From the NCBI GenBank assembly GCA_964035545.1, contig OZ037767.1, positions 4,852,707 through 4,916,706 of the forward strand: 64,000 nt of DNA, given 5' to 3'. The stretch comes from Bugula neritina. Its lineage: Eukaryota; Animalia; Bryozoa. The notes below the pieces were generated by a model. That model did not search any database. It had not been told where the DNA came from and worked only from the letters and a program-made list of their open reading frames with translations. Below are positions 13,174 to 24,600 of the stretch, piece by piece (the first letter of the stretch is position 1; each line of letters begins with the position of its first letter). Made by a program: the position numbers and the translations under genes.

Positions 13174-14415
13174 CTATGTCTATGTCTATGTATATGTATA
13201 TGTATATGTGTATGTATAGTGAAGCATTTGCAATACAGTAACAAGTGAGCTATGCTATGTGACTGCTGAAAACTCATATTTTCTTACAGGTAGATATAGC
13301 CTTTGTGGAGGAAGATGTGTTTAAGAGTAAGGAGCTGCTAATATCCACCTCCATAACGTTTGATTGCTCTCTGGGGGGATCTGGCATCATGCACTTAGTC
13401 AACAGTGGTACGTCCCATACTGTCTGTTATGATACAAAGATATCTCTCTGCAAAGTTAATTTATAATATTCAAAATCCATGAATCAAATAATATGTATTA
13501 TGATGGTCACTTTTCACTGCAGTGGTCCTTCACGGTGGCGGGTACATAATATGTATTATAAGGTAACTAAATAGTAAAACTTTGCAAATGAAGATAAACT
13601 ATAGAGAAGAGTATACAGAACTACACCATCAATATAAGACCAAACAAAATACATGTAAGCATGGAAACATTTCACAGAGTATAGCTCTTAGAGAGAATAG
13701 ATTTACAATGTCACATATATATAATTCTGACCTATAAACTCTTATTAAAATAACAAACATGTTACTAAACTCAGAAAATAGATATTTGAGAAATTTAGCG
13801 CAAAGCCAAATTTAGAAAATTTAACCCTTAATTAATCGAGGGAACTACTTACATTTGTATGCTAAATCTAACAAACTAAATATAATAAACTAAGTATAGC
13901 AAACTAAGTATAGTAAGCCTTAGAAAGCTATGCTTTACCAGCCAGTTAAGGCAAACCAAATACATTAAGCCAAATATAATGAAAAAAAATATATAGTAAA
14001 CTATTTTTGACAAAACTTGACAGCCCTAGAAGTTTGAATATACTATCTATAAGGTTCAGTTACTACACCCCTGAAGTAAAACTAATACCTGGTATAACAA
14101 TATTACGAACTTGCCTATTTTAATGCTTCTAAATACACTAAATATAAACAAATAACAAAATAAATTGAGTAAAACAAATGATTAAAATGTAAAGGCAGCA
14201 AATTTCAAATACACAAACCTGTTCTAAATTATAGATTTAGATTTTTTAAAAAACCGTATGTTCAGTAGAGAAGCGAGTGTAACCTTGTACTGTTTTCTAC
14301 TGTAGATATACCTCTGTGGTTTGAACCAGCATTTGAAGACATAAAGAGAAGAGGCGTATTCATGGACCTGTGTAAAAAATATAAAAATGTTACCTCATCA
14401 TGTTTGCTGACTTGA
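10090..14415 (+). CDS. Membrane-anchored bacterial-type family 3 solute-binding protein (SBP_bac_3/PBP2, HisJ/ArgT/ArtI-like), 308 aa, 7 coding exons
   Basis: Exons 10090-10205, 10651-10815, 11246-11379, 11659-11823, 12270-12388, 13290-13407, 14306-14415 (927 nt, phases consistent, TGA at 14413-14415). N-terminal hydrophobic anchor LLALCLVISCVSLVLTLLII and a polar linker, then FAYDVPWEQYQYVTAEGELRGLSVDVVDAVCNHAMKSCQ...GLLGKWFD...KTKERKNVFRFSGSFY...LDGLILGV...YAELYEMIANDTVDIAFVEE...FEPAFEDIKRRGVFMDLCKKY, co-linear with polar amino-acid binding proteins. AATAAA at 14619. Confidence 0.85.
12418..12752. repeat. 14-bp minisatellite (aattaagtatagta)
   Basis: More than 20 tandem units in intron 5 of the SBP-like gene. 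Confidence 0.92.
13118..13218. repeat. (GTATAT)n/(GTCTAT)n hexamer microsatellite
   Basis: Directly visible. Confidence 0.92.
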
Positions 14416-14946
14416 GCTTTAAATTTAAAACATTAAATCAGGCAAACTAATATGCATGACATTTTAATAGTGTGGTATAACTGTCTTTATTGTATAACTA
14501 ACCGGTCATCTGACAGCAACTTTATATGTTTACCTAACACTTGTTTGAACTACTATTCATTAACATATTTAGGGCAACATCAAGTTTTTATCACAGTTTT
14601 ATGCTTTAAATTAAATCAAATAAATGTTTATCTTTATCTGTTTGTGTGGTTCAACATTATTTAGCCTAAAATTGTAATTCATATGCCTATAGCACTACCT
14701 ATTAGTAACAGTAATTAGGTAGTTACAGTTGCAAAACTATCTCACATACGCAGCAAATATACATAAAGTCAACTTATTAAATAAAAAAGTGATACATATA
14801 ATTTTACATGAAAAATATTTGATTAAAGTTAATGTAAAAGTTGATATATTTAAATTTTGTTTGGCTTGAGAAAGACTGAATCTCACTGATGATTAAAAAA
14901 AAAATAAAATGAAATTTCTTGGCGGCCACATTTTTTCGTACTAGAA

Positions 14947-17750
14947 ATGGAGTGCTGTCGAATAACTAAACAATCAACACATACTTTTCAACTGGTGAGT
15001 TATGTCTTGACATGAGGCCTTGGGTATCTACTTAACGACAAAATAAAAACACTCTAACACATATTATAAAGCAGTTCGATTACAGCTACAATTTATAAAT
15101 TTTCCAAAACAGTGGCAATCACTATGCTCAGGAAGCAGTGTAAGTTTTAAAAACAATTGTGATAGTTTGAAGAAAAACATAATAAATTACATGCATGTAG
15201 ATTGACTGATGTCCGTATCTTATTTAATATGTTCAACAATTTTATTATAATATACATATATTTATGACTATGAGTAATAAAATCATATTTCTGCAAAACA
15301 GAAATTTAATAATTAAAAAATTAATTTAGTTCAGGATAAAATTAAACAGAAGTTATAATCTGCCAGTGTTTTTCCAATATTAGGTTGCTAATAAATATTT
15401 TCCTGTTATTTTAAGAATACTGTTAACTACTATTCTGGCTTAGGAATAGCAATTAATATTTTACAAAATTATTGAGCAAACAAAAGTGAAAAATTAAAAA
15501 ATTATTGAAAAGCTTAGCAGAAATGAATCATGAATAACTAAAAAAAATGATCGTTTGCAGTAGGTTCAACAAGATTGCAGACCCATGACTGAGTCAAAAA
15601 GCTCAAAGCCACCATGTGGGAAGCTGCTAGATGTCAACACATTGCCGGGCTTCATGGAAACTAGTAAGCATTTTATCTCAAGAGTATGTATTAATAGGAC
15701 AGGAGCAATTGACAGTATGATATTACTTAAAATACTTGAAAACCAGTTTTAAGCATTTCAAGTATTTATCAAGTCTTCAGAACTGTCCAAAAAACTTAGT
15801 TTGCACTTTCAATATATTACACTAATAAATTAATGCAACTACTTTTATTACTTTATTAAAATACTTGAACTAATGATTACAGGTGAGGCAAAAAATCTCT
15901 CTCCGGATATAAGCCAGCAGCCATCAAACAATAAGTGCCATGGCAATGCCAACACTAACAAAAACAGCAAACTGGCAAACAGAAACCAGGAAACACAAAG
16001 CGACAGCGGTTCACTTCACTCATACCAGGAGTTGGTAAAAGCTCCACATCGAGTTTTACTATGCCATACAATGACCCCATCTAATAAAGAATCACTTTTT
16101 GGCCAAATTGAAAAGAAAGTTTCCAACACAACGCAGTCAAATGATGATGCTCCAAAGAGTACAACTGATAATTCAATAGTTACATGTATAATCGATCCGT
16201 CCAAGCCATATTCAGAGGAATCTGAAACTAACAAGCCATTACAAGAAACTACTTCAACAACTAGTGAAATTAAAAGAACTAGTGAAATTGAAAAACCCAG
16301 TAAAATTGAAAAAACCAGTGAAATTGCAAAAAGCAATGAAATTAAAAAACCCTATGAAATTGAAAAACCCAGTGAAATTAAAAAACCGAGTGAAATTGAA
16401 ACAACCAGTGAGAATAAAAAAACCAGTGAAATTGAAAAACCTAGTGACATTGAAAAAACACCCAATGTTCAACCCCAGACTAATGCTTCTCCAAAAGCTA
16501 TAAAATGCTCTTCAAAAATTTTGGTTCGAAAGAAAAAAACGATAGGTCGTCAAAGCAAAAACAAACTCCCTAGCAGCTCCAGGTTAGCATCAAATATCTC
16601 ATCTAAACGTTCCTCCAATTCAGAACGATGTCAACCATGTTCACTGACTGGACAAAGAAACAACAAATTTTCAATTTCAGCAGATCATAAAGTATGCCCT
16701 GAAAAATTGAGGAAAAAGCTTACAGTAATTGAACACAACATGTTTAGGCAGATGAAGCATGGTGCGGTAAAAGAAAGATGTACTATGAATAACACGCAAC
16801 CTAAATTAAACTGCCAACGGGATCGCCATGCCTCAGCATCAGTACATAGTGGTGCCAAAATACACATAAAAACTTCTAAGAAGTCAACTGCTAGTAGTGT
16901 CACAAGTTTCAACAAAAGGGCTTCCTACATAGGCCAAAGACCAAATAATTTAAAATGTCCACAAATTTCCACTTCTGCTCGGCAGTGTACGAAAGAGGAT
17001 ATAAACCCTACAAACAAAGAAAAGAAGAAAAAACTTGAGTCTTCTTCCACAAGACTACCTGTAAACTCAACAACTCCCATAATATACGAGAAAACTCAGA
17101 AAAAGCATGAAAACCTAGAAAGTTTGCAAGAGAAACAAAGCACTTTACCAACCTCATCAGAAGAGTCTTCCGAAAACGAAATAAGCCTGAGCTCTTTAGT
17201 TCCTTTAAGAACTAGAAAAAGATCTTCCATTCCATTTTCAAAGGCGATACCTCCGAAACCTTTAAGTCAACAAAACTCAAAAAACAGCTTTGACCAAAAT
17301 AGAAATGAGACCAAAAATAAAACGAAAAAAGATGAACACAAGTTTGGTACTGAAATTCAAAACCAAAAGACTAAATCTGACGCTGTGAAAGATGGGCTTG
17401 AAAAGAAGCCAGTGATCAATAAAATCAAGCATAACACTTATGAAACTGCAATGGTCCAAAAAGCACTACCTAACAGAGGCACAACAGCTCCAAACAAAAC
17501 AAAAAGTTTGTCTGCAATCTACAACAACCAAAGTCTAAATGCACCAAATAATCAGCAAACTTATACTAATTGCAGAGAAGTTAATGTTGATCAAGAAATA
17601 CTAATTGATGAACCTAACAGTGCTTATGCAACTCTTAAAAAACGAAGACTACAAATAAATTCCTGGCATAATGCTAGCCCAGAAAATCAAGATATCAGTT
17701 CTGAGATCATCCCACCTGAAGTGCCAGTTAAAAACTATAATAGAATCTAA
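14947..17750 (+). CDS. Uncharacterised low-complexity, probably disordered K/S/T/N-rich protein (~671 aa, 3 exons)
   Basis: Large terminal exon 15883-17750 is the 625-aa ORF. Upstream exons 14947-14994 (ATG...CTG|GTGAGT) and 15564-15663 (TAG|...A|GTAAGC) join in phase, giving 2016 nt. Several AATAAA at ~17880-18015. No recognisable folded domain. The first two exons are less certain than the large one. Confidence 0.7.
16260..16460 (+). repeat. Coding 18-bp tandem repeat, 11 copies of (T/P)SEIEK
   Basis: TSEIKR TSEIEK PSKIEK TSEIAK SNEIKK PYEIEK PSEIKK PSEIET TSENKK TSEIEK PSDIEK. Confidence 0.92.
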
Positions 17751-19844
17751 ATCATCAAAATGTTGTTTTATTTATTTCAATACCCGTTGCACTCTGTAAA
17801 TACAAAAATATGTAGCAAAAAATATTTTCCTAATTATTAAAATATTTATAAGGTTTTGAAACTACACTCAAGTTATACCAATAAAGTCACAGAAAACTTG
17901 CAAAAATTCATAAACTAATGTTAAATTACTTTATTTTTCATAATGCAATAAAAAGAAAACTATGTCTAAGCTTTGGTTATTCACAACCAATAAATAAAAT
18001 AAAAGCTGAATAAAACAGATTGATGAGTTGCATGCTACTAAAGTCGGATAAAACTTTTTTAGTAGCAGTGTATTAGTGAAAACAAATTAGCAAACACCGC
18101 AAATAACCATGATGACATTCTTTTACATTGGAGTAGAGGTTATGCATACAAACCAAATTTGATGATACTCAGCAGTTTTGTCCATTTATCTACTCCAATC
18201 TACTTTCCCAAGTTTAAATTTCGTTTTAAAACCAAATAATTTTATTGAATTAAAATTAACACACTAAAGTAAAATATAGATTTGTGTTAAAAACCAATAT
18301 ACAAAAATGCTTCAAAAAATAACTGAGACTGTCGACAGCATGTATGTACATGTTTGTAAACAACGTCAATGCATTTAGACTATAAAGATTCTAATTTTAT
18401 TATTTTAATTAGATGCATAATAAAATAAAAATATGAATTTAAGTAAGATATTTTCCCAATTTTCAACTGATTCTTTTTAAAAAATACGAATAACCAGTGA
18501 ATTAGTGAGTAGGTTTTTTAATTGTATTTTAAACCAACTTCAACTAACAGATAACTAAAATGTTTGACAATTAAACACCGTAACAGTAAACTAAGCCCAA
18601 AAAGTGTAATTATGAGAATGCATAATAATCATCATAACCATGTCAAGAAGCTGCAGATTGAGGCCACCAACATCTAATGATGTTACTTTAACAACAAGTG
18701 TGATATAGTGCTTATAGCCTTACTGGGTTATGATTTATAGTAACAACAGAAACTCAAACATCAAATGATATTATCAGTGTCACTCTCAGTATGACTATGA
18801 GTATGGGGATGATCATGAAGACAATTATTTTTATCATTAAGAATCAAACTATGAAATTCCACAAACCTTATAAGTTATAAACTACAAATATAAATCAATC
18901 ATATTTATAATTTTTCATTGCCAATCACAATGACAATAATAATAATGTGATACTAATATCCCATAAGGCTAGGTACTGAAAGTCAAAAGGAAACATAAGT
19001 TCATAACAATTCGTAATTATAAGTATAACATTAACTCTAGAAAAGTTAAAGTCCAGTTCAAAATTGAATTTCTCAAAGGTGGCTTTATTTCATTAAAGAG
19101 CGGTATATGCCTAGGCCTAAAGGGCTGAGGCTAAAGCAAAATACTGATAGGGAATTATGATTTTTATTTTATAACAATAATTATCAGTATCACCATACTC
19201 ATACCCATCATCACCATTACCATATCAATGCTGAACTTGATAATCACAATTTTTAATCATAATTAAAATAAATATGTTACTATAGTAATTGTTAACTTCT
19301 ACTAGTGCTTCCAGTGTCAAATGCAGTGATTACACTATTATTATGATCATGATAATGTAAAAGTCAAAATGATTATCATTATGAACTGAAGTGAATTTAA
19401 TTTTATGGTAACACACTTGGTAACAGTTTAAGTTTTACTTTTAGTTTAAATTATTGTTTATATTAATATTATCATTATGATGATCGTAAGACCATCTAAT
19501 GTGAAGTTGAATTTGTCACTAGAAATTTAATTTAGGCGAATTAATTCAATTTGGCTTTACTTTGTCGTTTACATTTACTAAATTACTTTCACTTTCAGTT
19601 TTACTTGACACTTCACTTTGACTTTGACTTTGAGTTTTACTTTTCTGCTGACCCCAAATTCAAAATGAAAATAAATTATATTTACCGAACTAAATATAAT
19701 AACAATTATTGTAACAATTGCTTTTAACAATCATTTGCATTACTCACTGATTATTTTGCTTACTTTTCTATCTTATTGACATTGAGTGATTATGAAATGA
19801 ATAGAATTGAAGATGATTAGTCCTTGCCTATTGCTGGGGCATGT

Positions 19845-20034
19845 GTGAGGGAAATCCCGAATAAACAAATTCACTTTAGCCACTGTATTTATGGTTAGCG
19901 CCCAGAAAAGCATTACAAAAACAAGTTAGAATGCCGAGAAATATGTTTAGACGTTTTTCAACGCTGTTTACCAATTCCCGTATGCTAAGCAACGGCACAC
20001 GTGACAAAATGGCGAGTCGGGAGAACAGGTGGTT
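19845..20034 (+). promoter_or_regulatory. Putative promoter and first exon of the coiled-coil gene
   Basis: Locally CpG-richer island with GGGAAATCCC (19849-19858), X-box-like gtatgctaagcaac, E-box CACGTGAC, YY1-type CAAAATGGCG, and donor CAG|GTGGTT at 20028/20029. Confidence 0.5.
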
Positions 20035-21671
20035 TAATATAAATTATTGTTATAGTTTTTAGTTATATCAAATTTACACATTCGACCTAGCATGATTCTT
20101 ATATAAAGTTGCGTCCTCAAGTTTTTATAGTAATCAAATTATTAGTTTCAATAAATTTTGTCATTTAAAGCAAATTGTTGAAGAATCACTGCGTGACGGT
20201 GAAGTTGCTTCAAACTGAAACTCAAAGTATGACTATCACCATGACTATGAGTATGAGTATCCGTTACGGTTATCTACTTTTACTTTATTTACAGTTAGTG
20301 TTGCTACTAACAGTAAAAGTAAGACTAAGCCAGTAATGGCAACTATCACTAAGACTATCGCTATGGTATGACGGTCATAATTATGATAACCATCACCATG
20401 TTCACTGTGATTATAAATATCAAATTCAATATGATCAAAATAATGGTATCAACTGAGACCTGAGTAGTGGGTAGGATATTGAACTATCAGTATCAGCATG
20501 ATGATTTGGTCATGATGATGATCGGCATCAATGAGAGAATATGAGCATTATTATATCACTGTTGACAGTGATATCAAGATCAACATGACCAATACTATGA
20601 CTATGAGTATGATGTCAATACTTACATTGATACTTTATTACAACTACATATGATAATCGTAATATATGATGATGATTATAATAATAATCATGGTGTCAAC
20701 AATTATAAATATAAAACTTATAGTAAATCTCATCATCATCATGATCATTAGATGATGATAATTAATACTAGTAATTACTAATTACGTGAAGCTGAAAGAT
20801 AGAGTTAAAATAAAATTAGGCTGATCATTGTGATTCTCATAATGATTTTATTATAGTAGTGGTTTTCCAAATTTCATTTATTATTTTAACAGGATATTCA
20901 AAACTGTCATTAATTATACATCATTTACATTTTGCAGTGGTAGTCATGAGACTTGGTATAAGTATTAGGTGTTAATATACAAAAAGGTAAAAAAAGTCTA
21001 AAGTCTAAAGTTATTCATATATATATATATATGATAACTTATAACTATGTCAAATATATGCATTTACACCACAATTATTCTAGAATATAAGTTACCAAGT
21101 GCAAGTGCGCTCACAATCAATTATTGCTATTGCAGTTAGTGATAGTATGTTCACTCATAAAATATAACTAAGGTTTTATCACTTTTTAAAACTAATTAAC
21201 AACAGTTGCAAAGGTTCTAGCTCTAAATGAAGTTGCCTAATTTTTAAATATGCTCTTTAATTTGCTGACCAATGAAAGTAGCTTTATTCAAGATTAATGA
21301 AATGTTCATTCTTTTTTTTTCTTTTAACATTAGCCAGTAAATTTTTGAATAAGAATCACTTAGTTCTGGTGTAAGCAGTAAACAATTTGTGTTGGAATAG
21401 CTCCTTCATTTTAATCATGGATTTTTATAGCAGTGAAATTCTCAACTAGGCTGATTACTCAATTTGTTTGAAATAATATATCTATTTATTACTAACTTTT
21501 ATTAGTTATTGCGACTGTTTTTGTACCAAAGAATAAAATATGATACATTCTGCTGTTACAAGATTTTGTTAGCATGTGTGATATCAACTTAAAACTTTTA
21601 TTTTTAGATATACTTTTGGGTTTCGTTAAAATGTCCACTGAAAAAACAGTTGAGTAGCAGAAAAATATATA

Positions 21672-24600
21672 ATGGCGTTAAAGCCAATGAATCTCATTGG
21701 CACTATAAACATTTTGGATCGGGGAGATGGTCCTGCACAGGAAGTCTTATCAAGAACTGCTAGAAATCGGGCTCAGCGTAAGCAAGACGAAACTAGAAAT
21801 GAATTGAACAAAATCACTGACAGGGTAGACAAGGTAATTTGCATATGCTCTCAGTTGTTCCAATCAAAGGGTTACTTCTCTTATTAAACACATGTACTTA
21901 TAAGTTTATTTAACCAATGAAGATCTGGCCACATGTAGCGGAAATGTGCGGTAAAAACTTGCTGTGGGATAGGGGTTACCTGCCAATCACAAAATGTTTC
22001 CGGCAGATGCTGGCTTAGAACGAAGTGAACCACAGTTTCCATTTTTCATAGTTAAAAGTTTAGTATTCTTTTTGTCGAAAACTTTGCTATATTCTTTGTA
22101 ATTTTATTTATAGCTTAATTGAATACTTTGAAATATTCAATTGAGCTAAAATTATCAATGATAATTTAGAACTCTTGTGAAGTGTTGAATGTTGTGAAAA
22201 TATACTACCCTAAAGCATTACGTACCAGAAAAATAATTAATTTTACGTGCTGCATCTGGTTTCTTGCTACACACAGTTGTTAGCTTTACGGTGTATATTG
22301 CAGACGCTGGGACAATTTGAACTTGTGTCCAAGTCTGAAGAAGAGGGCAGGGGTGGCGATGACGCAGAGATGAAGTATGTCAGCGATGTCGACGAATTAT
22401 ACGACATTCTCGGTGACCAAATTAAAAAGAGAAAGGTTTGTGCGAGTAAATGTTGAATTGCCTTTTTGACAGAAGCCTAATCCTGTCTTTCCATTTTCTA
22501 TCAGTATTTTTAGTTTTTTTTCATCAATATCAGTTGCTGTATTAACAACATTATGTAACAAGCTGTATTTAAATATAATAAAATCATAACTATATTATAG
22601 GTTTGAAATGTAAACAATTTTATATATAGACAGTTTTTTACATAATTTTGAAAATAATATTGTATGCAAACTATGAGTCACTAAACTGAATTCTATGCTT
22701 TTCAACTGTTATGTCTTCTTTTGCTTTCTATATGATATTTGTTATTTGCAGTATCAACAGCAAGTCACTGTCTTCATTGTTGGTTATCAAAATGCTAGTA
22801 GCAGTAGACTCAAGTTGATGCAGCAAGTTAATGAGGTATGTTTACATCATAGGGTAATTCGAAGTTGTCTTTCCACTTCGATTTCTAAGATTACTTACCT
22901 CTAACTACCTAGTTTATCTAGTGGCTATTGGATGAATTAACTGTTTAGTGAAAATGATAAATAATTGAGCAAAACTTGGCTTAGTGAATTTCAACTGACT
23001 TTAAACAACTAAGTTTTATTGCGTTTTGCTGCAAAACACAGGCTATAGAATATGCATTTCTGCTGAGCAAAATAATGTTATACCATTCTACATTATTTAA
23101 ACTGAAATTAATAAATAACTCAATTTGATTGGAAAGTTACAGTTACTATTAGCCAAATGTTTGCTTGTTTCGTATTTTCTTTCAGTGTATTTTCATAATT
23201 TGCTCACATATAATATATTTGTTGATTATTTACATTCGTTTTCTCAGTGTTTTTTAAACCTCCACTGTGTAAAGAATGATTGGCCAAATTTTGTAGCACC
23301 ATTACATGATTTCATATTTATAAAAGCATGTAGTCTAATCCATAGCTTAGCCCACTCAAAGCTTTATTGTAGTTCATAGATACATTTTAATTGATATTTG
23401 AATTTATCATTAGTTCTTCAATGAAACTACTCAGCGCTGGGAGGATGGGGACCTGAACCCAACCTCACCTGACATAGATTTAGAGGAAGCCGAGAAAGTG
23501 GTCTCTGATACTCTGGACACTGCAAAAGATCTGACGCAGAAAATATCTGATATCAACAAAGAGATGATGGACTACATGTATCAGTACGCCAACGCTAAAG
23601 CTGGAAACAAGTTAGTCATTTTCTTCTTCTAGCCTCTGCTCTTCAGAAATCATATCATAAACACGTTATAAACATTATTTTTAGCATCAAACCGTCAACG
23701 GATTTATTTTAAAACCAAAAAAATTTAACAAATTTACTTTAAAATAGCATAAATAGAATGCTGGTTTTGCCCTTGATCATTTTAATTAAGTTGCATTTTT
23801 TTCTCTCATGCTGTTACTATTTCTACAAAACTGGCTACTGGTGTTTGATGATATCTAAGGGTTGTCTAACATGTTTCATATTAAAAGCTTGTGTTATCTT
23901 AGAACTGCAGAGGGCTCTTTCGTCGCTGATTGGAGGTATAATATATCATTGGGAGTTATCACTAGACATCAGTGTGTAGTTAGTTATTCATATACATCTA
24001 AATGTATAACTAGATATCAGTGTGTAGTTAGTTATATACATCTAAATGTTCCGATGATTTCAAGGTTTGAAGAACATTACCATTTCCCTAGTTATACGTA
24101 GACATTTTCTCAGTGTTGTACAGCTGTTTGTTGAACTAAAATTCTTGTTTGCATAATTTTATGAAACATGTACTTACAATGTCAGACACCAAACACAATT
24201 AATTATTGAAACTTTTGTTGAAATGTATAGCATGCATGTATGCACCACTGAGATTAATTTGTAGTTTACTTGAGAAAATGATTGTAAATTCTCTGTGCTT
24301 AAAGCAAATATTTATTATTTACAGAAGTAGAAATACAATGTTAAAATGAATGATTGTGTAACTTAGATGAACGTTAATGAGTTAACAGAGTCTAAACTAA
24401 ACTAATATAAAACAATCACTAATATATGTGCAACTTAATCAATAGTCATTTAAATAGATAGCTAATAGACTCTCTAAAGGAAATGAAATTGTACACACTT
24501 ACTGTGCACATTTTGGCATTCACCTAAAATTCGTTGGCATATCAACATGGTCCAATTTCACGGTATTTTCATAAATTTTGGTGTTAGAGGCTGAATTGCC

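Noticed and set aside
12993-13277. His-Ile repeat ORF
   Set aside because: Translation of a (GTATAT)n microsatellite.
10090-14415. Bacterial contamination or chimeric assembly as source of the SBP-like gene
   Set aside because: It has six spliceosomal introns with host-type satellites and the same base composition as neighbouring animal genes.
16016-16503. Overlapping ORFs (MKLKELVKLKNPV..., FFNFTG...)
   Set aside because: Alternative frames of the 18-bp coding repeat.
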